A stretch of 64,000 nucleotides of DNA from an uncultured Gemmatimonadales bacterium. GTDB lineage: Bacteria > Gemmatimonadota > Gemmatimonadetes > Gemmatimonadales > Gemmatimonadaceae. Positions 1-9,158 of the stretch are shown in pieces; position 1 is the first letter of the stretch, and every line of letters starts with the position of its first letter. A program made the position numbers and the translations under genes. The stretch is taken from contig CAWKNZ010000008.1 of the NCBI GenBank assembly GCA_963851265.1, positions 249,007 to 313,006 on the forward strand, in the 5' to 3' direction. The notes under the pieces were generated by a model. That model saw only the letters and a list, made by a program, of their open reading frames with translations. It had not been told where the DNA came from and made no database searches.

Positions 1-1070
1 CCGACACCGGCGGCACCATCGGCTGGCAGGCCTCCGGCATCGCCCCGGTGCGACACGGGTGGACGGGGCTCGTCCCCGTGCCGGGCGACGGCCGGTACGA
101 GTGGGCGGGATTCCTCCCCATCAACGAGCTCCCCCACGTGGTGAACCCGCCGGGCGGCGTGATTGCCACGGCCAACGAGAACAACGTGCCCGCCGGCTAC
201 GCGCACACCGACGCCGTGGGCCGCGGCGGCTGGGCCGACCCGTGGCGCGTCCGGCGCGTGCGCGAGGTGCTCGACACGACGCGCGGCGCGACCGCCGCCC
301 GCATGGCCGCGCTGCAGCAGGACGTGGTCTCGCTGCCCGCGCGCGCGCTCACGCCGCTGCTGCGCGCCGTCACGCCGGCGGACACCGCGGCACGTTGGGC
401 GCGCGACACGCTGCTCGCCTGGGACCACACCCTCGCGCCCACCAGCGTCCCCGCGGCGGTGTACGTCGCGTGGGAGCGCGCCCTGCTGCAGCGCGCGGCC
501 GCGCGCGTCGTCCCGCCCGCGGCCCGCGCCTACCTGCACGGCGTGAGCGTGGCGCGCCTCGTCGAGTGGCTCACGGCGCCCGCCACGGCCCCGCGCACCC
601 TCTTCGGCGGCGCCGGCGCGGCCGCGCGCGACTCACTCCTTGCCGCCGCACTCGACGACGCGGTCGGCGACCTCCGACGCCGGCTCGGCGCCGACCACGG
701 CACGTGGCGCTACGGTCAGCTCGCCTTCCACCACGTGCTGATCCACCACCCGCTCGACGCCGCGCTCGACTCGTCGGGGCGGGCCGCGTACGACGCGGGC
801 CCGCTGCCGCGCGGCGGGTACGCCAACACGGTGAACGCCACGGGCAACACCGACAACCAGACCCACGGCGCGAGCTTCCGGCTCGTCGCCGACCTCGCCG
901 ACTGGGACGCATCGCTCGGCACCAACACGCCCGGCCAGAGCGGGGACCCGCGCGACCCGCACTACCGCGACCTGTTTGCGCCGTGGGCCGCCGGGCGCAC
1001 GTTCCGCGTGCCGTACACGCGCGCGGCGGTGGACCGGGCGGGCGAGTCGCGGCAGGTGCTGGTGCCGTAA
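1..1070 (+). CDS. Penicillin acylase family (Ntn-hydrolase), C-terminal part; 5' end lies outside the window
   Basis: Frame is open from position 3. Motifs IATANEN, GASFRLVADLADWD and NTPGQSGDPRDPHYRDL are typical of acylase beta-subunits. Confidence 0.85.
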   Translation, partial: DTGGTIGWQASGIAPVRHGWTGLVPVPGDGRYEWAGFLPINELPHVVNPPGGVIATANENNVPAGYAHTDAVGRGGWADPWRVRRVREVLDTTRGATAARMAALQQDVVSLPARALTPLLRAVTPADTAARWARDTLLAWDHTLAPTSVPAAVYVAWERALLQRAAARVVPPAARAYLHGVSVARLVEWLTAPATAPRTLFGGAGAAARDSLLAAALDDAVGDLRRRLGADHGTWRYGQLAFHHVLIHHPLDAALDSSGRAAYDAGPLPRGGYANTVNATGNTDNQTHGASFRLVADLADWDASLGTNTPGQSGDPRDPHYRDLFAPWAAGRTFRVPYTRAAVDRAGESRQVLVP

Positions 1071-1105
1071 GTCGGCCGACGGCGCCAGCTCAGGGAAGAG
1101 CCGGG

Positions 1106-1711
1106 TCAGCCGCCGCCCCCACCCGAAGCGCCCCCGCCCCGGCGGAGGCGCGCGCCGGCGAGCCGGGTGGTCCGCCACGTCACGGCCGCCGAGGTGAGCG
1201 CGAGCACGGCGGCCGCCGAGTCGAGCACCGGGGCGATGCCGTGCACGGACGTCCCGTCGACCAGGACGGCGTAGAGCAGAAACGCCACGGCGAGCATGGC
1301 AGGCAGCAGGGCGACGGCGAGCCAGACGCCCGCCTGCCACTCGACGCGGCGCGCGGCCCCGGGCTCCGCGCGCGCCAACGCGACGCCGTCAGGCGCTAGC
1401 CCCGCGCCACCGTCGCCACCCGCGAACACCCCGACGTGGCGCTCCCGCAGCCACTCGTGGATCACGCTCCGCTGGGCGCGCGTCAGCGCGCTCTGGTGCT
1501 CGGCGTCGTAGTACGCGACGACCTCCACGGCCCCGGCGTACACCAGCCGCACCGGGCGTAGCGCGTAGTCGTGCGCCGCGAAGTCCCGCAGGTGCGACGC
1601 CGCCTCCACGTCGTCACCGAGATCCAGCACGCTGGCCCCGTGCGCCCACAGGTGACGGCGGACACGCCGCGGGCCGGCGCTGCGGCGGAGCCGGCGCGCA
1701 GCAGTCGTCAT
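1106..1711 (-). CDS. Hypothetical membrane protein (two C-terminal hydrophobic helices)
   Basis: ATG at 1711 overlaps the upstream stop (ATGA). Hydrophobic segments VWLAVALLPAMLAVAFLLYAVLV and AAAVLALTSAAVTW. Confidence 0.55.
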   Translation of the reverse strand: MTTAARRLRRSAGPRRVRRHLWAHGASVLDLGDDVEAASHLRDFAAHDYALRPVRLVYAGAVEVVAYYDAEHQSALTRAQRSVIHEWLRERHVGVFAGGDGGAGLAPDGVALARAEPGAARRVEWQAGVWLAVALLPAMLAVAFLLYAVLVDGTSVHGIAPVLDSAAAVLALTSAAVTWRTTRLAGARLRRGGGASGGGGG

Positions 1712-2361
1712 CGCCCGGCTTGCGCGCCGCGCGCCACGGCCCCGCGCAGCGTGCGCAGCACCGCAGCCGCCGGCCGGCCCGCCGCTAACCGGCCGCTGAC
1801 CAGCACGAAGTGCCCGCTCGCCGTCGCCCCCCACCGGCCCGCGCTCCGCAGGCGCCACGTGCCCACGACCGAGTCGGCGCGCCACGCGCCGCGCAACACC
1901 ACCTGCGCCCGCTCGCTCGCGGGTCCGAGTACGACCTCCACCGAATCGCCACCCGTGGCGGACGCGGATCCGAGCGGCTGGCGCGTCGTCGCGACCAGGT
2001 CGGGCACCCGGTCCGCGTCGCGCGGATCGAAGCCGAACGGCGAGAAGTCGACGTCGTACGTGCCGTACACGGCGGGCCGGGCCTGCGACACGTCGCCCGT
2101 CGCGGCCGACGCCGTGAGCCAGTGGTTGGCGACGAGGGCGAGCGTCCCCCGCACACGTCCGCCGCTGGACTCGTGCAGCGCCGCGCTGTCGAAGCCGAGC
2201 GGGGGGCTGTCGAGCGCGAACGTCACATCCCACACACCCACCAGTCGCGAGGTGGGCGCCGCCAGGGACTCGCGCTCGTGTGCCGAACGGCACGCGCCGA
2301 GGAGGGCAGCCAGCACAGCAGCCAGCACGGTCGCCGATGCGGCTCTCGATGCGGCGCGCAT
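1708..2361 (-). CDS. Hypothetical lipoprotein
   Basis: Purine-rich RBS (GGGAGGGA) before the ATG; signal peptide with lipobox LLGAC; beta-rich mature part (LVGVWDVTF, VVGTW). Confidence 0.65.
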   Translation of the reverse strand: MRAASRAASATVLAAVLAALLGACRSAHERESLAAPTSRLVGVWDVTFALDSPPLGFDSAALHESSGGRVRGTLALVANHWLTASAATGDVSQARPAVYGTYDVDFSPFGFDPRDADRVPDLVATTRQPLGSASATGGDSVEVVLGPASERAQVVLRGAWRADSVVGTWRLRSAGRWGATASGHFVLVSGRLAAGRPAAAVLRTLRGAVARGAQAGR

Positions 2362-2597
2362 CAGTAGTCCCTCCCACCGTCGCCCCATGTCCCGGCGCGC
2401 ATCGCCGTCGCGACGTCCGGCCACTCCGCGCGCCAGTCCCGCTCTCTCGACGCGGCCGCTGCCCGGACGCGCGTGCGGCGCGCCCCCGTGCCGTCGCCCG
2501 TCGACTGCCGGAGCAGGCGCGCGGCACACACCGTCGCCGCGATCACCACGACGAGGCCAGTCTGGCGATTCGACCACTGCACCACGTGCTGCGACAT
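2361..2597 (-). CDS. Small hypothetical protein with one hydrophobic segment
   Basis: Stop overlaps the next ATG (TGATG); segment GLVVVIAATVCAA. No recognisable family. Confidence 0.3.
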   Translation of the reverse strand: MSQHVVQWSNRQTGLVVVIAATVCAARLLRQSTGDGTGARRTRVRAAAASRERDWRAEWPDVATAMRAGTWGDGGRDY

Positions 2598-2818
2598 GCC
2601 CATGCGGCTACCCGCGCTCGGTGGGCGCACCGGCGCGTCGCCCGGTCGGGCCGGTCACGCGCGGTGCGCGGTCCCATGAGGCTACCGCGGCGAGCGCGCA
2701 GGCCGCACAAACATCCTCGGGACGCGCGTGAAGATCGCGTAAACGGCGTGCCCGCTACCTTCGCGGGTGCCGGTGTGCACCCGCGAACATCTCCGTCCCC
2801 TTCCACCTCCCCGCCCGC

Positions 2819-4837
2819 ATGGCTCCAGCTCGTCGCACCCGCCGCGCCCTCGCGGTGCTCGCCACGCTGGCCGCACCATCCGCCGCGCCGCGCCGCGCCG
2901 CCGCCCAGCAGGCGCCGCCGACCGCCCAACCGCCACTCGGCACCCGCGGCGGCCCGACGATCGAACAGGGCGGGCTCCGCTTCCGCGACCTCAACCGGAA
3001 CGGCACCCTCGAGCCGTACGAGGACTGGCGCCTCACGCCCGAAGCGCGCGCGCGCGACCTCGTCGCCCGCATGACCGTCGACGAGAAGGCCGGCGCGATG
3101 ATGCACGGCACCGCGCGCACGGTCGGGGCGATGGGCACCGCCGGCGTGGGCGCACACTACGACACCGCGGCCGACCGCGTCCTGATCGACAGCGCCAAGG
3201 TCACCAGCATGATCACGCGCCTCGGCGGCGACCCGGCGACGCTCGCGGCCGAGAACGATGCGCTGCAGGAGATCGCCGAGCACACCCGGCTCGGCATTCC
3301 GATCACCGTCAGCACCGACCCGCGGCACCACTTCCAGTACGTGATCGGCGCGAGCGTCGCGCCCGGCCGGTTCTCGCAGTGGCCCGAACCGCTCGGCCTC
3401 GCGGCGATTGGCGACCCCGCGCTCGTGCGTCAGTTCGGCGACGTCGCGCGGCAGGAGTACCGCGCCGTGGGCATCCACCTCGCCCTCTCGCCCCAGGCCG
3501 ACCTCGGGACCGAGCCGCGCTGGCCCCGGATCACCGGCACCTTCGGCGACGACGCGGCGCGCGCCGCCGCGCTCGTGCGCGCCTACGTCGAGGGGTTCCA
3601 GCACGGCGGCGCCGGAGTCGACCGCGAGGGCGTCGCCACCGTCGTCAAACACTGGGTGGGCTACGGCGCGGCCAAGAACGGCTTCGACAGTCACAACTAT
3701 TACGGACGGTTCGCGAATTTCTCCGCCGGCCCCGCCGGGGCGCGCCACCTCGCCGAGCACGTGCGGCCCTTCCTCGGCGCCTTCGCGGCCCACGTGGCGG
3801 GGGTGATGCCCACCTACTCCATCCTCGAAGGCGCCTCGTGGGCGGGCCGCCCCCTCGAACCGGTCGGGGCGGGGTTCAACCATCAGCTGCTCACCGACGT
3901 GCTCCGGGGACAGTACGGCTACCGCGGCATCGTGCTCACCGACTGGGCGATCACGAACGACTGCACACCGCGCTGCCGCGAGGGCGCGCCGGCGGGTGTG
4001 CGCCCCTCGTTCGCGGACGTCGGCATGCCCTGGGGCGTCGAGGATCTGCCCATGCGCGAGCGCTTCGTGAAGGCCGTGCGCGCGGGCGTCGACCAGTTCG
4101 GCGGAACGGAGCGCGCCGACGTCCTCGCGGCGGCAGTGCGCGCCGGCGAACTCCCCGAGGCGCGGCTCGACACGTCGGTCGTGCGCGTCCTCACGCAGAA
4201 GTTCGCGCTCGGCCTGTTCGAGAACCCGTACGTCGACCCAGCCGACGCCGCACGGCGCGTCGGCACCGACGCCTTCCGCGCCGCGGCCGACGCCGCGCAG
4301 CGCCGCGCGCTCGTGCTGCTCGAAAATCGGGGCGGCATCCTGCCGCTCCGCGGCACGCGCCGCGTCTACCTCCACGGCATCGCACCCGAGGCCGTCGCGC
4401 GCGAGGGGTGGACCGTCGTCACCGACCCGGCGCAGGCCGACGTCGCCCTCATGCGCCTCGCGGCCCCGTTCGAGACGCTACACCCCGGCTACGTCTTCGG
4501 CGCGATGCAGCACGAAGGCAGCCTCGCCTTCCGCGACGGCGACCCGGAGTACGAGACCTTCAAGCGCGTGAGCGCCGTCGTCCCGACGATCGTCACCGTC
4601 TACCTCGACCGCCCCGCGATCCTCACGCCGCTCAAGGCGCGCGCCCGCGCCGTGGTCGCCAACTTCGGCGTGAGCGACGCGGCGCTCCTCGACGTGCTCA
4701 CCGGGCGGGCACGGCCGGGCGGCACGCTGCCCTTCGAGCTACCCGCGTCGATGGCGGCCGTCGAGGCGCAGCACTCGGACGTGCCGCACGACAGTCCGCA
4801 CCCGCTCTATCCCACGGGGTTCGGCCTGCATTACTGA
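2819..4837 (+). CDS. Secreted glycoside hydrolase family 3 (beta-glucosidase-like)
   Basis: Signal peptide; FRDLNRNGTLEPYEDWRL, VKHW, IVLTDW (nucleophile), LVLLEN, GTLPFELP, GFGLHY. Confidence 0.92.
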   Translation: MAPARRTRRALAVLATLAAPSAAPRRAAAQQAPPTAQPPLGTRGGPTIEQGGLRFRDLNRNGTLEPYEDWRLTPEARARDLVARMTVDEKAGAMMHGTARTVGAMGTAGVGAHYDTAADRVLIDSAKVTSMITRLGGDPATLAAENDALQEIAEHTRLGIPITVSTDPRHHFQYVIGASVAPGRFSQWPEPLGLAAIGDPALVRQFGDVARQEYRAVGIHLALSPQADLGTEPRWPRITGTFGDDAARAAALVRAYVEGFQHGGAGVDREGVATVVKHWVGYGAAKNGFDSHNYYGRFANFSAGPAGARHLAEHVRPFLGAFAAHVAGVMPTYSILEGASWAGRPLEPVGAGFNHQLLTDVLRGQYGYRGIVLTDWAITNDCTPRCREGAPAGVRPSFADVGMPWGVEDLPMRERFVKAVRAGVDQFGGTERADVLAAAVRAGELPEARLDTSVVRVLTQKFALGLFENPYVDPADAARRVGTDAFRAAADAAQRRALVLLENRGGILPLRGTRRVYLHGIAPEAVAREGWTVVTDPAQADVALMRLAAPFETLHPGYVFGAMQHEGSLAFRDGDPEYETFKRVSAVVPTIVTVYLDRPAILTPLKARARAVVANFGVSDAALLDVLTGRARPGGTLPFELPASMAAVEAQHSDVPHDSPHPLYPTGFGLHY

Positions 4838-4880
4838 CACGCACCGCGGCGGCACGGGGCGCGCCCGACTCGAGCACTCT

Positions 4881-5315
4881 CTAGTCGAGCACCTTCACCC
4901 ACGCCTCCCCGTCCACCACCGTCTCGCCGCGCTGGTTGGTGCACACGGTCGAGAGCCGCACGCGGCGCTTCGCCTCGTGCAGCTCCAGCACCTCCAGCCG
5001 CACCGTGACCACGTCGCCGGGGCGCACCGGCAGCTTGAAGGCGAGCGTCTGCGACTTGTACGCGCTCCCCGGCCCGGGCAGCACGTTCGCGATCGCCGCG
5101 GAGATGAGGCCCGCGCTCAGCATGCCGTGCGCGACGCGCCCGCCGAAACGCGTGCGTGCCGCGTGCACCTCGTCGAAGTGCAGCGGGTTGAAGTCGCCGG
5201 TGGCCGCGGCGAAGTGCGCGATGTCGGCGTCGGTGATCGTGCGCGTGACCTCGGCCGTCCGGCCCACTTCGGGCAGGGGTGCCACCGGCTCCGGCGTCAC
5301 GGGATCAGCCGCCAA
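4881..5315 (-). CDS. MaoC/PhaJ-family (R)-specific enoyl-CoA hydratase
   Basis: Hydratase motif FAAATGDFNPLHFD...RVAHGML; TTG start. Confidence 0.9.
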   Translation of the reverse strand: MAADPVTPEPVAPLPEVGRTAEVTRTITDADIAHFAAATGDFNPLHFDEVHAARTRFGGRVAHGMLSAGLISAAIANVLPGPGSAYKSQTLAFKLPVRPGDVVTVRLEVLELHEAKRRVRLSTVCTNQRGETVVDGEAWVKVLD

Positions 5316-5375
5316 TCGCGCACCACGCCCCGGGGCGACACCCAGCGGCGGCCCGCCCGCAACCTGCGCGCCGCG

Positions 5376-6524
5376 CTACGTCGGCCCAATCGGCCCGAGC
5401 TGCAGGTACGGCCCCACGCGACACGACCACCGCCCGGCGGCGTCGCATTCGACGACGAGCGGCGTCCCCGCGGGCGCATAGATCGGCGTCCCGGCGAAGC
5501 TCCCGATGAGCGCCGGTGCGGCCCCACTCGCCCCCACGACGGGCCCCGAGATCGGTGCAGCCCCCGGCGCGTCCGGCGCTGCTGCGGCCTGAGCCCGCAC
5601 CGCGCCTCGGGGTGCCGCCGATCCCGCGGCGCCGGCCCCCGGCACCGGCGCCGGTGAGAGCCCCGTCGTCGCGCCCGATTGCACCGCTGGCGCGTCGTCC
5701 GGGGCGCCGAAGGCCGCAGCGCGGAGCACGAACCGGCCCGTGTGGCCGGCGCGCGTGTCGACGTCCAGCAGGCGCGCCCGCACGAGCGCGGCGACCGCGT
5801 CGCTCACCGTGCTGCGCCCGAACCCGGTCAACCCCTCGAGGTCGCGCACCGACAGTCGTACCGGTGCCCCTGGGCCATCCGCCGTCCGCGTGCCGTCGCC
5901 CGCCGCGTCGGCCTGCTCCGCCAGGGCGCGGAGCACGGCGCAGGGCGCGGCGATCGCGGCCCCGACTGCGCCGAGGCGCTCGCGCACGGCGGCCCATCCA
6001 ATCGACGCCACGGCGGGCGCTGGGACGATGGCGTCGGGCGCGAGGGCGAGCGGTCCGCGCGCGCCGTTGGGCTGCGCGACGACGCCGGCGCCGTACAACA
6101 CGTCCAGCGCGCGCTCCACGTCCCGCAGCCCCGCACCGGCGAGATCGCCCAGCCGCCGGAGATCGTACGGGACCGGCCGCATCAGCGCGAATCGCGACGC
6201 ATCCTCGGCCCGACCGCCTTCGAGCCGCGCCTGCAGAGACACCGCGTCCGGACTGTCCGGCATGCCCGCTGCCAGCTCGGCGATCGCGCAGGCGACGCCC
6301 ACCGCGGTGCGAATCGTTTCCGCGCTGGGGCGCTCCGGACCGGGGCGTACGCGCCCGGCCCGCGACGTGGCAGCCCACGCGCCGATTGCCTCGCGCACCG
6401 CGTCCGGCGACACCCACCAGGTCAGGCCGTCGTGCGCGGCCTCCGGAACGGCGCGCACCGACACCGCCGACGCTCCGGTGCGATTGCCCGCTCCGACTGC
6501 ACGCCGCCGCGGCGCGATGCTCAT
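5376..6524 (-). CDS. Hypothetical DNA-binding protein with two winged-HTH-like segments, downstream of rep
   Basis: DLRRLGDLAGAGLRDVERALDVLYGAGVV and LSVRDLEGLTGFGRSTVSDAVAALVRARLL. Start uncertain (ATG 6524 or 6629). Confidence 0.65.
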   Translation of the reverse strand: MSIAPRRRAVGAGNRTGASAVSVRAVPEAAHDGLTWWVSPDAVREAIGAWAATSRAGRVRPGPERPSAETIRTAVGVACAIAELAAGMPDSPDAVSLQARLEGGRAEDASRFALMRPVPYDLRRLGDLAGAGLRDVERALDVLYGAGVVAQPNGARGPLALAPDAIVPAPAVASIGWAAVRERLGAVGAAIAAPCAVLRALAEQADAAGDGTRTADGPGAPVRLSVRDLEGLTGFGRSTVSDAVAALVRARLLDVDTRAGHTGRFVLRAAAFGAPDDAPAVQSGATTGLSPAPVPGAGAAGSAAPRGAVRAQAAAAPDAPGAAPISGPVVGASGAAPALIGSFAGTPIYAPAGTPLVVECDAAGRWSCRVGPYLQLGPIGPT

Positions 6525-6599
6525 CCCGCGCCCTGCCCGACGGCCAGGTCGAGCCCCGGCGACCGTCCATGTCCCGCCACACCATCGGCCACCCAAGCA

Positions 6600-7190
6600 G
6601 CCGCGTCCGATCTGTCTATCCCCCGCCACACCGCACGTCGTCGGACACCAGCCGCGAACGCGCTGGACTGTCCGGCGGTACCCAGGGGTGAGGAAGGGGG
6701 CATAGGTGCGGTAGACACTACGGGTGCGTTCGCGATCCGTCCAGGGGTGTCCGGTGGACGGACACCGGTCACCTCGTCGGCCGTGCGGCGGACACCGGAC
6801 AGACGCACGCCAGCGCCGGGCCGCAAACGTCTACGCTGCGCCACACGACCCGCACTCCGTTCCTGCGGTACGACCGCGCCGTCCGCGCACGACGCCCGTC
6901 GGTTCGGTCGGCGGGGTGGTTCCCGGCTCTCTGGACAGTGTGGAGCACCATAGACAATCCCACACCAGGCGAACGATGCGGCGACGAGGTGGCCGCGTCC
7001 GTGGAGCGGCATAGACGATCCCGGCGGCGGGGGACGGTCGGTGATTCACCGACCATGTGTTCCTCAAGGCGTTGTACCAGAACACCTTACGTTTTCGGCG
7101 TCGCGGTGCGCGCACTCCCGTCGCGGGTCGTTGGTCAGTTGGTTGTTTCTCGATAGAGAAAACCACAACACGACCACACCGCGCGCCGCC
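6600..7190. other. Candidate replication origin of the secondary replicon
   Basis: Non-coding, less GC-rich interval directly downstream of rep, with clustered CGGACACC boxes, a 22-bp direct repeat and an AT-richer hairpin. Function is inferred. Confidence 0.45.
6940..7022 (+). repeat. 22-bp imperfect direct repeat (2 copies, 61-bp period), iteron-like
   Basis: GTGGAGCACCATAGACAATCCC (6940-6961) and GTGGAGCGGCATAGACGATCCC (7001-7022), 19/22 identical. Confidence 0.75.
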
Positions 7191-7193
7191 GGG

Positions 7194-9158
7194 CTACGCC
7201 GCGTCGCTGCCTGGCGCGAACAGGTCGGGCTGCGCCGCTTCGCCTTCGCGCAACCGTGCGCCGTGCGTGACACTCGCGTCCGCCCGGATCACGAGCCCGA
7301 CGGGCCGGCCCGCGACGGCCGACAGCAGCGAGGTGAGCGGATCGCGGTACTTCTGCGCGATCCAGTCGGCCGCAAACGCGTCCTCTGCCAACACGGTCAC
7401 CTGCTCGTCCGTCACGCTTCCCAGCGTGGTCCGCGCGAGCCAGGCGTCGTACGCACGGCCGTGTGCCGGGTCGGCGGCGACGAACTGTTCGAGCGTGCGC
7501 CCCCACAGGTCGTCGGCGAATCGCCATTCGCGCACCTGCGGCGCATGCGCGCCGTCACCGGACGCGGCGGCGTCACTCGCATCTGCGCCCGCCACATCCG
7601 CACCCGTGACCGCTCGGCCGGGCGGCCCTGGATCGGCGGTGCGCGGCGCGCCGTCCCGCACCGGGGCACGATCCGGCGCCGGCGTCGAGAGCAGGCGTCC
7701 GCGCCCGCTCGCGGCTGCATCGCGTCCGCCGAGCGCGACCGGCGACGGTGGCGGGTTGGGCGCCTCCCACTCGCCCCGCTGCCCGGCCGCGAGCTGACGG
7801 TCGAGCCAGCGCTGCCACTCCGGATCGCTGAACGCGTACTCACCTTCCACGGCGGCGCGCGTCCACGCCCCCCAGTCCTCGACGGGCCGCCCGTGCGACA
7901 GCCCGCCCATGTGGGCCTGGAGGTAGTACACCCGCCGGAGCACGGTCCGGACCTGGTCGGGCCGTGCGCGGACGAGCTCGCGCGCCTGTCCGGCTGCGAT
8001 GCCGAGCGCGCGCAGGTGCCACAGCAGCATGCGGTCGCTGAGGCTGTCCGTGCCGCCGGTGCCGCGCTGGTACCCGGCCGCCAGCAACCGCTCCCCCGCG
8101 ACGAGCCGCACCTCGTACGTGCCGCGTCCGACGCGCGCGATGGTGCCCTCGCCGAGCACCCCGTGTTCGACGAGCGATCGCACCGCGGCCTCCACTCCCG
8201 TCCGGGTCTGCGTCTTGGGCCGCAGCGCGGGCGGCACGTCGAGCAGGTTGTAGAGCTCCGGGAGGTCCAACACCCAGGGGTCGAGCACGCGCCAGCCGCG
8301 CGCCGCACGCACCGTGAAGATCTGCAACAGCCGCTTGGCGTAGGCCGAGCGCAGCGTGTTGTGCAGGGGTACGTCCATCCACGCCGCGATGCCGGCGGCC
8401 GCCTGGTCGAGCCAGATCGGGTTGATGCGCAGCCGCTCGATGGAGTTGTACGACTTCTGGCTCCGGTACTCGGCTTCGACGTCGTACTCGAGCACCCAGT
8501 GCTTCCCCTCGCGCTCGCGCACCGGCGCCGCGCCGTCGGGCACGAGCGGGTGACGCGTTCCGGCGCGGACGAGCGCCGACCGGCTGCTGTAGTCGACGTC
8601 GAGTCGCGTGTAGAGGATGAGTCCTCCGAACCGTGCGAAGGCCCGCTTCACGGCCTCGATCTGGTCGCCCCCGATCGTGCCCTCGTTGCGCCCCGCGGCC
8701 CGCAGCACCGCGCGATACCCGGGGTCGCGGAAGTAGCCCTGTGCGTCGACGCCGCCCTCGTCCGCGATGCGGCAGAGGGCCAGGAAGTAGTCATAATCGA
8801 ACGTCGTGGGCAGGCCGCGCACCTGATCGCCGTGCACCTCGACGCGCACTTGCAGCCCGCCCGGGTAGCGCACCGTGCGGCGGCGGATGCGGTCGGCCTC
8901 GTTCGCCACGATCCCGCTTTCGGTCCGCTCGTAGTCGCTCTTGACCGACCCGGGCACGAGTTCCAGCAGATACAGCGGCAGCGGCACCGTCCCGACGAGC
9001 AGGCGCTCGGGAACGAACAGCGCGAGCGGGTCCTCGATGCGCACGCCGGCCGGCGACGCGCGCGTGACCTCGATCGACGCAACGTCCCCTCCGCTGGTCG
9101 GTGGTGACGTCGACGACAGGGCCGCAGGTGCCGCCGTGCGCCCGCGCGTGCCGCTCAC
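7194..9158 (-). CDS. Plasmid/chromid replication initiator (Rep) with C-terminal DnaA N-terminal-like domain
   Basis: GTG at 9158 overlaps the parB stop (GTGA). GLPTTFDYDYFLAL and LRSAYAKRLLQ resemble winged-helix plasmid initiators. C-terminal LWGRTLEQ...AYDAWL...VTVLAEDAFAADWIAQKYRDPL matches the DnaA domain I pattern. Confidence 0.75.
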   Translation of the reverse strand: MSGTRGRTAAPAALSSTSPPTSGGDVASIEVTRASPAGVRIEDPLALFVPERLLVGTVPLPLYLLELVPGSVKSDYERTESGIVANEADRIRRRTVRYPGGLQVRVEVHGDQVRGLPTTFDYDYFLALCRIADEGGVDAQGYFRDPGYRAVLRAAGRNEGTIGGDQIEAVKRAFARFGGLILYTRLDVDYSSRSALVRAGTRHPLVPDGAAPVREREGKHWVLEYDVEAEYRSQKSYNSIERLRINPIWLDQAAAGIAAWMDVPLHNTLRSAYAKRLLQIFTVRAARGWRVLDPWVLDLPELYNLLDVPPALRPKTQTRTGVEAAVRSLVEHGVLGEGTIARVGRGTYEVRLVAGERLLAAGYQRGTGGTDSLSDRMLLWHLRALGIAAGQARELVRARPDQVRTVLRRVYYLQAHMGGLSHGRPVEDWGAWTRAAVEGEYAFSDPEWQRWLDRQLAAGQRGEWEAPNPPPSPVALGGRDAAASGRGRLLSTPAPDRAPVRDGAPRTADPGPPGRAVTGADVAGADASDAAASGDGAHAPQVREWRFADDLWGRTLEQFVAADPAHGRAYDAWLARTTLGSVTDEQVTVLAEDAFAADWIAQKYRDPLTSLLSAVAGRPVGLVIRADASVTHGARLREGEAAQPDLFAPGSDAA

